Shown: positions 9,971-18,432, numbered from the stretch's first letter. The stretch: 51,537 bases of DNA from Eubacteriales bacterium (GCA_045636665.1 JAZTXY010000098.1:1-51537), one strand, 5' to 3'. A program made the numbers and translations. Notes: generated from the letters alone by a model not told the origin.

Positions 9971-11035
9971 ATGCAAATTTCCCGTACACTCACAACCACC
10001 CCGAAGGCAAAGCCCGAAGGCGCTTTGGGATTCGGCAAGATATTTACCGACCACATGTTTATCATGGACTATTCGACCGAAAAAGGTTGGCACGATGCAA
10101 GAATAGTACCTTTTGGCGAAATTTCGCTTTCTCCTGCTTCGATGGTCTTCCACTACGGTCAGGAAATGTTCGAGGGTATGAAGGCATACCGTGCAAAGGA
10201 TGGCAGAGTTTTGCTTTTCCGTCCCGAAAAGAATATCGAAAGAATGAACAACACCAACGTTAGAATGTGCATCCCCGAGGTTAACCCCGACGACGTGCTT
10301 CAAGCGATCGAGGAATTGGTTCTTGTTGATCAGGATTGGATCCCCACCAACCCCGGCACCTCGCTTTATATCCGTCCCTTTATCATCGCTACCGACCCCT
10401 TCCTTGGTGTTCACCCCTCGCACACCTATAAATTTATGATAATCCTCTCCCCCGTTGGCGCATATTACGCAAGCGGTCTTGCACCCGTTAAGATTTGTGT
10501 TGAAGACGAATACGTTCGCGCTGTTAAAGGCGGTACAGGTTACGCTAAGGTTGGCGGTAACTATGCGGCGTCGCTTAAGGGTCAGGAAAAGGCTGAACAG
10601 CTCGGTTACGCTCAGGTTCTTTGGCTCGACGGTATTGAACATAAGTATATCGACGAAGTAGGCGCAATGAACGTGTTCTTTATCATCGGCGATACCGTTG
10701 TTACTCCTAAGCTTGAGGGCAATATTCTTCCCGGTGTTACCAGAGATTCCGTTATATCCTTCCTCACCGCAAAGGGCTACAAGGTTGAAGAACGCAGAAT
10801 TTCGATTGACGAGGTTTACGAAGCAGGTCTTAAGGGCGAATTGAAGGAAATGTTCGGTACCGGTACTGCAGCAGTAATTTCTCCCGTTGGTCTTCTCGAT
10901 TGGAACGGCAAAAAGCTCGTTATCAACAACAACGAAATCGGCGCTGTTTCGCAAATGCTTTACGATGAAATTACCGGCATTCAGTTCGGTGAAAAGAAAG
11001 ATGAGTTTGGATGGAGCCACGAAATAAAGAGATAA
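9971..11035 (+). CDS. ilvE: Branched-chain amino acid aminotransferase
   Basis: LGFGKIFTDHM, HYGQEMFEGMKAY, SLYIRP, AKVGGNY, EVGAMN, ILPGVTRDS, GTGTAAVISP. Confidence 0.97.
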   Translation: MQISRTLTTTPKAKPEGALGFGKIFTDHMFIMDYSTEKGWHDARIVPFGEISLSPASMVFHYGQEMFEGMKAYRAKDGRVLLFRPEKNIERMNNTNVRMCIPEVNPDDVLQAIEELVLVDQDWIPTNPGTSLYIRPFIIATDPFLGVHPSHTYKFMIILSPVGAYYASGLAPVKICVEDEYVRAVKGGTGYAKVGGNYAASLKGQEKAEQLGYAQVLWLDGIEHKYIDEVGAMNVFFIIGDTVVTPKLEGNILPGVTRDSVISFLTAKGYKVEERRISIDEVYEAGLKGELKEMFGTGTAAVISPVGLLDWNGKKLVINNNEIGAVSQMLYDEITGIQFGEKKDEFGWSHEIKR

Positions 11036-12261
11036 ATCAAGAAAACGCTCAAGCAACAGAAGCTGCAGAAGTAACTATTAATACCGACGAAGCTTCGGAA
11101 AACCGCGAAGCGATTTTAACCGATGAGGAAAAACCGAAAAAGCGTTCGCGTAACCCTATTAAGCGGATGCGCGAAGGCGGTATGTTCACACGCGGCTTTA
11201 AAATTATCGGTTGGTCGTTTTTGGCATCCTCGGCGATATATATTCTTTCGCGTTTTATTCCCGAGTTTGCCGAGATATGGACGAAATATCCCGCACATTG
11301 GATGCGATTCATTCTTGCAAAGCTTACGGGATGGTTTCCCTTTTCGCTTGCGGAATGCGTTATTGTTTCGCTTCCGATTATCGCACTTGCATATATCGTT
11401 GCATCGACGGTTTCTTCACGCAGAGATAACAGCGACCGTAATTTCTACCGCTGGTTGCGACCTATGATATGCATTATAATGGTTGTAGCCACTCTGTTTT
11501 TTGCAGCCTTTGGCCCTGCTTACAGCAGAAGAAAGCTTGCGGTAAACCTTGACCTTGAACAAAAAGCGGTTTCGGCAGAAGAGCTTTATACAACGTCGGT
11601 CAAAGTATCGACAGAGTTAAAGGGCTTGGTCAGAAAGGTAAAATTCGATATTTCGGGCGCTTCGATAATGCCGTATGATTACGAAACGCTTGTCGAAAAG
11701 ATGAACGTTGCGTTTGGTAAATATGCCGATAGCGTCGATTATATCTCTCACTTTGATTCAACGCCAAAGGCGGTTGCGCTTTCAGAAGCGATGACCTACA
11801 CGCACATTTCGGGTGTTTACACCTTTATGACGGGCGAATCGAATATTAACACAAACTATCCCGACTATTTAATGCCTTTTACTATGGCGCACGAAATGGC
11901 GCATCAGCGCGGTATTGCGCGCGAGGATGAGGCAAACTTCGTTGCTTTCTTGGTGTGCATCGGCAGTGGCGACGATTATATCCGCTACAGCGCCTATGCA
12001 AATATGGCGAATTACCTTAATTCCGCGCTATCGCGTGCGAATAAGGAGCTTTACAAGCAATATTACACCAATTATCTGCCTGTTGAAGTTCAAAAAGAAT
12101 TTGTCGCCTATTCAATTTTCTTTGATAAATACCGCGAAAGCACTGCCAGCAACGTTGCAGGCGCAGTAAATAACGCTTTCCTTCAGTCGCAAGGACAACA
12201 GGCAGGCACGAAAAGCTACGGCTTGGTAGTTGATCTTGCAGTTGCTTATTATAAAGATTAG
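11011..12261 (+). CDS. DUF3810-like membrane protein (putative zinc peptidase); start uncertain
   Basis: N-terminal TM helices, PFSLAE, ISGVYTFMTGE, HEMAHQRGIAREDEANF (HExxH...E). Confidence 0.75.
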   Translation: MEPRNKEINQENAQATEAAEVTINTDEASENREAILTDEEKPKKRSRNPIKRMREGGMFTRGFKIIGWSFLASSAIYILSRFIPEFAEIWTKYPAHWMRFILAKLTGWFPFSLAECVIVSLPIIALAYIVASTVSSRRDNSDRNFYRWLRPMICIIMVVATLFFAAFGPAYSRRKLAVNLDLEQKAVSAEELYTTSVKVSTELKGLVRKVKFDISGASIMPYDYETLVEKMNVAFGKYADSVDYISHFDSTPKAVALSEAMTYTHISGVYTFMTGESNINTNYPDYLMPFTMAHEMAHQRGIAREDEANFVAFLVCIGSGDDYIRYSAYANMANYLNSALSRANKELYKQYYTNYLPVEVQKEFVAYSIFFDKYRESTASNVAGAVNNAFLQSQGQQAGTKSYGLVVDLAVAYYKD

Positions 12262-12315
12262 CAAAGAAATACTTGAACACGCCTTATAAGCTTTGTCCCC
12301 CAAAATGTATGGCAT

Positions 12316-12350
12316 AAAAACAGCCGCTCATATTGAGCGGCTGTCTTTTT
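12316..12350. terminator. Bidirectional intrinsic terminator
   Basis: ACAGCCGCTCA-TAT-TGAGCGGCTGT flanked by A5 and T5. Confidence 0.8.
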
Positions 12351-12479
12351 GAATTATCACATAAAGGATTTTGAAAAGTCCCTTGGTCTTGCCGTTAAGT
12401 ATATGGGCGAACAAACCGATAGGAAAACATCTCCGAAGGCACCCAAAACCAAGCAAGAAACAAGCCGTTGCGGCACAAT

Positions 12480-12522
12480 AAAAAACGAGCATTTTCAAGG
12501 TGTTTCCTCGAAAATGCCCGTT
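12480..12522 (-). terminator. Terminator downstream of tRNA-Thr
   Basis: AACGAGCATTTTC / GAAAATGCCCGTT inverted repeat with an A run (U tract on the minus strand). Confidence 0.6.
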
Positions 12523-12596
12523 GGAGCTGGTGGAGGGATTCGGACCCTCGGCCTATTGATTACGAATCAATTGCGCTACCCCTGCGCCACACCAGC
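12522..12596 (-). tRNA. tRNA-Thr(CGT)
   Basis: GCTGGTG acceptor stem, ATTGA-TT-CGT-AA-TCAAT anticodon arm, GAGGG-TCCGAAT-CCCTC T arm (C rather than U at position 55), encoded CCA. Confidence 0.93.
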
Positions 12597-12626
12597 ATAG
12601 CACCCACTTTTGCAGGCGCGAAATTG

Positions 12627-12655
12627 ATTATAACATCAATTTTCATAAAAGTCAA
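12627..12655 (-). promoter_or_regulatory. SigA promoter of tRNA-Thr
   Basis: TTGACT-N17-TATAAT with a TG extension on the minus strand. Confidence 0.8.
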
Positions 12656-12710
12656 TATATTTTCTTTTGTTATAAACAAAAAGGGTTGCGTGAAGCAACC
12701 CTTAATTTTT

Positions 12711-13121
12711 TCACTCACCGCAATCGGCAAGACATCTTGCGAAACAAGCAGTGCCCGTTATAAGCAAAGAGAACGAAAGCAAAAGCAAGCCAGTAAGAAT
12801 AGCACTTGCAACGCTACCTGCCGTTACACCAACTGCCAATAAGATGACCGATAAAAGAATCGAGCCCAAGATACCGGCAATCACGACCGACAGGATGCTG
12901 CACTTACAGCCGCAACCGTCATAACCGTTTGCTACTGCCGCGGCAATGGTTATTACAGCGAGATAAGCCACTGCAATGCCCAAAACAACCCAAAGGAAAA
13001 CGGGCAAAATTGCTATGACTCCCGTAATCTGCAAAAACGCAGCAACAACACCGATGATAACACTTGCAACAATTGCAATTAAAGCGCAGCTGCAACCGCA
13101 CTTGCAACTAATATACGCCAT
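12711..13121 (-). CDS. Small Cys-rich four-TM membrane protein
   Basis: RBS GGAGGTG before ATG 13121; four hydrophobic helices with CKCGCSC, GCGCKC and ACFARC clusters; terminator-like hairpin at 12676-12710. Confidence 0.7.
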   Translation of the reverse strand: MAYISCKCGCSCALIAIVASVIIGVVAAFLQITGVIAILPVFLWVVLGIAVAYLAVITIAAAVANGYDGCGCKCSILSVVIAGILGSILLSVILLAVGVTAGSVASAILTGLLLLSFSLLITGTACFARCLADCGE

Positions 13122-13203
13122 ATTTTTCACCTCCAATGGAAGTATATGCGCGTATACGAATTTTGACAAATTAATAACCGCCTCATTTCGAAGCGGTTAT
13201 TTT

Positions 13204-14217
13204 TTAATAAAATCTGCTTTTTGATTCGGAAACTTTTCTTATATAAAATCCGTCGATATTTTTATTTTTCATAAAGGTTACTATGAAAATCGCAACCGTT
13301 AATACAACGGTTGTACCCAATCCGCCCTCGGGCCCGAAGGCTCCGCCGCTCCAAACGCCGCCGTTTCCGACTGTTTCAAAAACAGAAGAGGATATCTGAA
13401 GTCCGCTGACTCTGCAACCGAAAATATTACCTTGCGCAAAATTCCAAATCGAGTGTATCGCACAGATGCCCCAAATACTGCCTCTTCTTAAGAAATAAAG
13501 CGCCGCAAACACTCCGAAAAGGAAAATATTGAGAACGGCTATAATACTTACTCCCGTGTTGCCGAGATGCATTGCCGCGAAAAGTCCAGAGCTAACAAAC
13601 ACCGCAACGGGAACGTTTCCGCACGCGGCGGTTGAAACAAAAAAGTAACCGCGCAGTAATATTTCTTCACTTGCGCCTTGTATTAAAAAGCCGAAGAAGA
13701 ACAAAAGCAAAGTGCTTACAGAAAGGCTTTTGTTAATGCCGCCAAATACAAACTCGCCGCTTAAAAGGTCGATACCGTATACAGCCGAGAAAAGAAGCAA
13801 GCCGATAACAATACCTGCCAAATATTCAAGAACAGCACCTTTTAAACGGAATCCGATTGTGAACAGACGTCTTTTTTCTAACCTTGTGCAATAGAATATA
13901 ACGACGGCAATCGTGGCAATCGTCGCATAAAGAGTCAAAGCGTTCATCCAATCGGGCATTTCCTCGTAAATGCGCGATAAAGCATTGCTTATTCTGTCGT
14001 TATATTCTTCAACAGAAAGATTGCTTCCCATAATCTCGATGATTTCCGAATCGCCCATAACGTAAGTCATCAACGGGGCGGACATCAGCATATTTGCAAG
14101 GAATGAACCAATCATATAAACCAAAAGGAAGGTTATTGAAACCTTGAAAAAGCTGCGTTTTCTGCAAAAAGCTTGAGCTTCATCGATCAACGAATTGGGT
14201 CTGAAAAATTTATACAC
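13204..14217 (-). CDS. CPBP (Abi/CAAX type II) intramembrane protease
   Basis: EEILLRG, FAAMH and HSIWN motifs, GPEGG; GTG start after GGAG; TTGACA-N16-TATAAT promoter at 14251-14278. Confidence 0.9.
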   Translation of the reverse strand: MYKFFRPNSLIDEAQAFCRKRSFFKVSITFLLVYMIGSFLANMLMSAPLMTYVMGDSEIIEIMGSNLSVEEYNDRISNALSRIYEEMPDWMNALTLYATIATIAVVIFYCTRLEKRRLFTIGFRLKGAVLEYLAGIVIGLLLFSAVYGIDLLSGEFVFGGINKSLSVSTLLLFFFGFLIQGASEEILLRGYFFVSTAACGNVPVAVFVSSGLFAAMHLGNTGVSIIAVLNIFLFGVFAALYFLRRGSIWGICAIHSIWNFAQGNIFGCRVSGLQISSSVFETVGNGGVWSGGAFGPEGGLGTTVVLTVAIFIVTFMKNKNIDGFYIRKVSESKSRFY

Positions 14218-14303
14218 AAAAACAACTCCAAATAATTTAATTGCTCTTATATTATAACACAAAAAAATTGTATGTCAATCTTTGAACTAAAGTAAAAAAA
14301 CTC

Positions 14304-14332
14304 TTGCAAAATGAAAAACAATGTGATATAAT
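14304..14332 (+). promoter_or_regulatory. SigA promoter of the tRNA-Leu gene
   Basis: TTGCAA-N17-TATAAT with a TG extension. Confidence 0.75.
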
Positions 14333-14365
14333 ACTCCTTGCGCGATAACAATGCGCTGAATAATT

Positions 14366-14452
14366 GCCGGAATGTTGGAATTGGCAGACGTCCTGGGCAC
14401 AAAATCCAGTGGTAGCGATACCGTGCGGGTTCGACCCCCGCTTCCGGCACCA
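14366..14452 (+). tRNA. Atypical tRNA-Leu(CAA) (A33, weakened D stem)
   Basis: GCCGGAA/TTCCGGC acceptor stem, A73, encoded CCA, GGAATTGGCAGAC D loop, long variable arm GGTA-GCGA-TACC, normal T arm; anticodon loop reads CA-CAA-AA. Confidence 0.85.
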
Positions 14453-14455
14453 TGC

Positions 14456-14493
14456 AAAAAACCTCTTTTGTCTACTGGCAAAAGAGGTTTTTT
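14456..14493 (+). terminator. tRNA terminator / left boundary hairpin of the islet
   Basis: AAAAAACCTCTTTTG...CAAAAGAGGTTTTTT. Confidence 0.8.
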
Positions 14494-14495
14494 AT

Positions 14496-14686
14496 AATGA
14501 TATCCGTTCCTTGCGGAACGGGTGATATATCTTCGATATGATTTCCTTTATGGATACGCCGAAGGCATATCCATAAAGATGATATATGCCTGCGGCATAT
14601 GAGGAACGGATATTATATCATGCTTGCGAAGCAAGTATATCATGCCGCGCAAGCCGTATATCATGCCGCGTTAGCGATATATCATT
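14496..14686. repeat. Multi-hairpin palindromic element (REP/BIME-like) built on ATGATATA/TATATCAT cores
   Basis: TATATCAT at 14614, 14636, 14657 and 14678; inverse cores at 14497, 14522, 14538 (degenerate) and 14579; mini-hairpins between cores; terminal IR AATGATAT/ATATCATT. Confidence 0.8.
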
Positions 14687-14761
14687 GAAAAGCACAATAA
14701 TTTGTGGTGGCATTAAAAGAATGTTGATCGCTAATTGCAAAACGCTAAAGGAGAACATAAA

Positions 14762-15091
14762 ATGAAAATTTCCATTGAAGAACTTCAGACATACCTGGCG
14801 AAACGATACCGTGGGTGGGCCAATGAACAAGGCTTGTTTATGAAGCTGGTTGAGGAAATCGGTGAGGTTGCCGAGGTTTTGAACAAGCGAGCCGGTCGCA
14901 AAAACGCTGATGAAAAAGATCTCCGGGAACAATTAGGCACCGAACTTGTGGATATGATACATTACATTGTTGCGATTGCTGCAATTAATGATATTGATCT
15001 TTCCACGCTTATGATTGAAAAAGATAAAAAAGCATCTATCAAGTACCATCACGCAATCAATCTCGAAATGTTCCTGTCAGAGAAGAAATAG
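14762..15091 (+). CDS. MazG-like all-alpha NTP pyrophosphohydrolase
   Basis: KLVEEIGEVAEVL...ELVD (EExxE...ExxD) motif; RBS AAGGAG. Confidence 0.85.
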   Translation: MKISIEELQTYLAKRYRGWANEQGLFMKLVEEIGEVAEVLNKRAGRKNADEKDLREQLGTELVDMIHYIVAIAAINDIDLSTLMIEKDKKASIKYHHAINLEMFLSEKK

Positions 15092-15105
15092 ATTAGGTGA
15101 TCAAT

Positions 15106-15630
15106 GTGAAAGAAATGAAAATCACGGAAATATGTGATATTTTAAGACAAGAACTCTATCAAAACGGCTATCGGTATGGATTTTATTATGATGGCAGAAA
15201 GTACGCACCTAATTTCAGCAATTGTTTTGATGAAGAGTTTTTCAATTTGCTAAAAAGCATCTATCGTATACAAGATCCCCAAGATACCATGAAACAAAAA
15301 ATCGGAACTTGCATCGATGCGGTAATCGTAATGAAATGTATCTTGGATAAAATAAACATAAAAAGCAGAATTTGGCTACTCTATCATACTGTTAAAAGGA
15401 CTCCGCATACAATTCTTACTTTTGAGGCAGAAGAAAAACTTGTCTATCTCGAACTTACGCCGCAATCCAATAAGGCTTGGTATGGAAAAGAAATTATATA
15501 TAATGACGAATATGATCTAATTAACGATCATCAAGAAAAAGATTTTATAGTTACAGAAGTAACCGACAAAATTGTAATCGGAGCGCATTCGGACTCATTA
15601 CTACAGCATTTGCCGCAACAATATAAATAA
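15106..15630 (+). CDS. Transglutaminase-like (Cys-His-acid) hypothetical protein
   Basis: GTCIDAV...PHTILTFE...LVYLE spacing typical of the transglutaminase/NAT-like fold; AT-rich; RBS AGGTG before GTG 15106 (alternative start 15097). Confidence 0.55.
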   Translation: MKEMKITEICDILRQELYQNGYRYGFYYDGRKYAPNFSNCFDEEFFNLLKSIYRIQDPQDTMKQKIGTCIDAVIVMKCILDKINIKSRIWLLYHTVKRTPHTILTFEAEEKLVYLELTPQSNKAWYGKEIIYNDEYDLINDHQEKDFIVTEVTDKIVIGAHSDSLLQHLPQQYK

Positions 15631-15690
15631 GTCTGATGTGCTTTTGCTTACTCTTACCTCAATTCTGCTCCGTTTGTTTACTCTTTCGTA

Positions 15691-15733
15691 CAAAAAGTCA
15701 CCTTTGTTAAAACAAAGGTGACTTTTTTATAAT
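15691..15733. terminator. Bidirectional terminator / right boundary hairpin of the islet
   Basis: AAAAAGTCACCTTTGTT-AA-AACAAAGGTGACTTTTT perfect stem between convergent genes. Confidence 0.8.
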
Positions 15734-15757
15734 TCCCTTCCCAAAGGTATAATACCT

Positions 15758-16912
15758 TTAATCTTTTTCGTTTAGATAACGGACATAATCAAGCAAAGCA
15801 TTCTTTTCGTTTTTCGTTTCGCCCTTTATCACCGACTCGAGTAACGCGTTCAGCATTTCACCGATTTCTTTTCCCTTGAAGCCTATATCGAACAAATCGT
15901 TTCCGTTAACCGCAAGGTCAGATAAAAACAATGGTGAATCGCTGTTTAATATTGACGATGCAATATTTACGGCGTCTTCGTTAAAAATCGCTTTTCTGTA
16001 CGCAATTACCGTTTTCGCGTGCTCTCTGCCAAGGGAGGAAATATAAAATTTAACTTTTACAGGGTCGGTCGGAATGGGTTTTGAAGAAGCGAGAACGTCA
16101 CACGCTCCTTTTACTTTATTATCCACGCGTAAAACGGTTAACGCTTCTTTATATGATTCTCCAAAAAGGCAATATAACCGCATCGCGCTATCATTCGGTA
16201 GCTTATGAATTGCTTTATAATCGCCGTTAATCGGCAGAATCGTTTTGAAGACCTGAAGGTATTCATTAATGACAATTTGCGCATTTGCGCCGCAAATAAG
16301 CTTTTTTATTTCTGCATAAATACGTTCGCTTGAAACGAATTTTAGGTTTTCGGCGAGTGCAAAAATTGCTTTTGCGGTATTATCCTCGATTTCAAAGCCA
16401 AGAACAGAAGAAAATCGCAGTGCACGAAGTATTCTCAACGCATCTTCGGAAAACCTTTTGTAAGGATCCCCAACTGTGCGTATAATTTTGTTGCGAATAT
16501 CTTCATATCCCGAAAACGGGTCGATTATTCCGTCATAGGGTGAATAGGCAATTGCGTTCATCGTAAAATCGCGCCTTGCAAGGTCTTCGGTAATATCGCT
16601 TACAAAGCTTACCGAATCGGGATGACGCGAATCGGAATATCCCTTTTCCGAGCGATAGGTTGTTACCTCAAAAGGTGTATCATCAACCAAAACGGTAACT
16701 GTTCCGTGTTTTATGCCCGTGTCGATAACATTAAAGAGCGAAAACACCTTTTTTGTTTCTTCGGGCTTTGCAGAAGTCGTTATATCAAAATCATCCGCTA
16801 CCCTTCCCATTAAGGAATCACGCACCGCACCGCCGACCGCAAACGCTTCAAATCCGCAATTTTTTAACGAATCAATTATTAACTTTGCCTTTTCGGAAAG
16901 CTTTACAGTCAT
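15758..16912 (-). CDS. cca: CCA tRNA nucleotidyltransferase (class II)
   Basis: VGGAVRD, DFD, GIKHGT, EVTTYR, DLARRDFTMNAIA, EDALRILRALRF, VSSERI; promoter TTGCAA-N17-TATCAT at 16941-16969. Confidence 0.9.
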   Translation of the reverse strand: MTVKLSEKAKLIIDSLKNCGFEAFAVGGAVRDSLMGRVADDFDITTSAKPEETKKVFSLFNVIDTGIKHGTVTVLVDDTPFEVTTYRSEKGYSDSRHPDSVSFVSDITEDLARRDFTMNAIAYSPYDGIIDPFSGYEDIRNKIIRTVGDPYKRFSEDALRILRALRFSSVLGFEIEDNTAKAIFALAENLKFVSSERIYAEIKKLICGANAQIVINEYLQVFKTILPINGDYKAIHKLPNDSAMRLYCLFGESYKEALTVLRVDNKVKGACDVLASSKPIPTDPVKVKFYISSLGREHAKTVIAYRKAIFNEDAVNIASSILNSDSPLFLSDLAVNGNDLFDIGFKGKEIGEMLNALLESVIKGETKNEKNALLDYVRYLNEKD

Positions 16913-16991
16913 TTTTCCCTCGCAACAATTTATTGATTTTATGATAGCATAACTTTTTGATTTTTGCAATACACTCTAACGGGTGGTAAAA

Positions 16992-18359
16992 TTGAAGAAG
17001 TTATTTTGTGCTTTGACGTTTATATTTTTCTTGAATTCTTGCAGTGTGTCCGTTTACAAAAGTGATGACGTTTATATTGAAAACACCTTTTCGGTTGCCG
17101 AAATTAAGCTTTTTGCGGAAGAAAGCGAATATCAAGCATCGGAAGAAGAACCCGAAAATAATTTTATTAACGCCATTTGGGTTTCGCAGTTTGATATGCA
17201 TCCGATTTACCGCGACGGCAACAAGCAACGCGACGAAGCAGATTACCGTCAAAAGGTTGAATTGCTTACGAATAACCTTGTACGTGACGGGTTTAATACC
17301 GTATTTTTACAGGTACGTCCAAACGGCGACAGTATGTATGAAAGCGAAATCTATCCAACTTCAAAATATATAGCAGGAAGCTACGGCGGTAATATTGAAT
17401 ACGATGCAATACAGATTTTTTTAGATATTGCCGCAGATAAGGGGTTATCGATACACGCTTGGATTAACCCGTTTCGGCTTTGCAGTGAAAGCGAATTGGT
17501 TAATTACGGCAACGGCGTGCTTTATGATTGGTATCTTGAGGGGGTCGGAAAGCTTTTAGAGCTCGGAAACGACGGTTTGCTTTATCTTGACCCGAGTTAT
17601 GAAGAAGTAACTGCATTAATAGTTGACGGAGTGAAAGAAATACTTACCAAGTACGACTTTGACGGAATACACCTTGACGATTATTTTTACCCGACAGAAT
17701 TCGAGCTTGAAGACGAGCGCGAATTTCTTTTAAGCGGATATTCGGATATCGGTAATTTTCGCCGCGCCAATATCGATAGAACGGTTAAGGCTTTATACGA
17801 CGTTGTGCATACTTATGAGGACAAGGTGTTCGGTATTGCGCCTGCGGGAAACATTTATTCACTCGAAAACGGATGGTACGTAGATATTTACAAGTGGTTG
17901 GAAAGCGACGGTTTTGTAGACTATATTATGCCGCAGCTTTATTTCGGTTTTTTGAATTCGACCTGCCCGTTTGACCAGGTATTAAACGATTGGAGCTCAG
18001 CCGTTAAAAACGATAATATAAAGCTTTATATAGGGCTTTCTGCCGCAAAATGCGAGTTGGGAAGCAAGGGTGTTGAAGACACTTATGCAGGAAATTTCGG
18101 GAAATATGAATGGCGTGACAACAAGGATATTCTTAAAAGATCGTTTGAAAGCATTGTTAATACAAATGCCGACGGGGTTTGTATTTTCACTTATTCTTCA
18201 TTTTACGACCCAATAAGCGGCTTGGGGAATGAATATACCGAAGCGGAACGAAGCGCATTTTGTTCGGCAATAAAAAATCGAGCGGTTTTGACTCGGGTTC
18301 TAAAGGACAGTTTTAAGAATGCATTACCGACTGACAGGAAAAAAGCATTGTATTTGTAG
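16992..18359 (+). CDS. GHL10-family glycoside hydrolase-like lipoprotein
   Basis: Lipobox-like FLNSC, AIWV, FLQVRP, HAWINP, YLDP, DGIHLDDYFYP, DYIMPQLY; start at 16983 or 16992. Confidence 0.85.
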   Translation: MKKLFCALTFIFFLNSCSVSVYKSDDVYIENTFSVAEIKLFAEESEYQASEEEPENNFINAIWVSQFDMHPIYRDGNKQRDEADYRQKVELLTNNLVRDGFNTVFLQVRPNGDSMYESEIYPTSKYIAGSYGGNIEYDAIQIFLDIAADKGLSIHAWINPFRLCSESELVNYGNGVLYDWYLEGVGKLLELGNDGLLYLDPSYEEVTALIVDGVKEILTKYDFDGIHLDDYFYPTEFELEDEREFLLSGYSDIGNFRRANIDRTVKALYDVVHTYEDKVFGIAPAGNIYSLENGWYVDIYKWLESDGFVDYIMPQLYFGFLNSTCPFDQVLNDWSSAVKNDNIKLYIGLSAAKCELGSKGVEDTYAGNFGKYEWRDNKDILKRSFESIVNTNADGVCIFTYSSFYDPISGLGNEYTEAERSAFCSAIKNRAVLTRVLKDSFKNALPTDRKKALYL

Positions 18360-18403
18360 ATGCAAAATTCAACTCACAGTTGTGAAACGTAACATTACCT
18401 CTA

Positions 18404-18432
18404 TTGTATCAAACCTTGATTTGTGATATAAT
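18404..18432 (+). promoter_or_regulatory. SigA promoter of the XRE gene with palindromic sites
   Basis: TTGTAT-N17-TATAAT; ATCAA-ACC-TTGAT over the -35/spacer and CAACT-CAC-AGTTG upstream. Confidence 0.6.

Noticed and set aside
9923..11056. 377-aa minus-strand ORF
   Set aside because: Antisense shadow of ilvE with no recognisable motifs.
12349..12842. ORFs overlapping tRNA-Thr, and a possible membrane-gene relic at 12360-12480 (minus strand, LVLGAFGDVFL)
   Set aside because: The ORFs cross a tRNA gene; the relic is too short and lacks a start/RBS, so it cannot be supported without a search.
14393..14409. Reading the anticodon as ACA (Cys) on a Leu body, implying recoding
   Set aside because: The only 5-bp stem (CTGGG/TCCAG) centres the 7-nt loop on CAA; an ACA register breaks the stem.
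14247..14481. Minus-strand ORFs starting MVPEAGVEPAR and MPVDKRG
   Set aside because: Typical spurious translations of a tRNA antisense strand.
14614..14685. TATATCAT repeats as a mini CRISPR array
   Set aside because: The repeat is 8 bp, the spacers are 13-14 bp and mostly self-complementary, the other half is inverted, and no cas genes are present.
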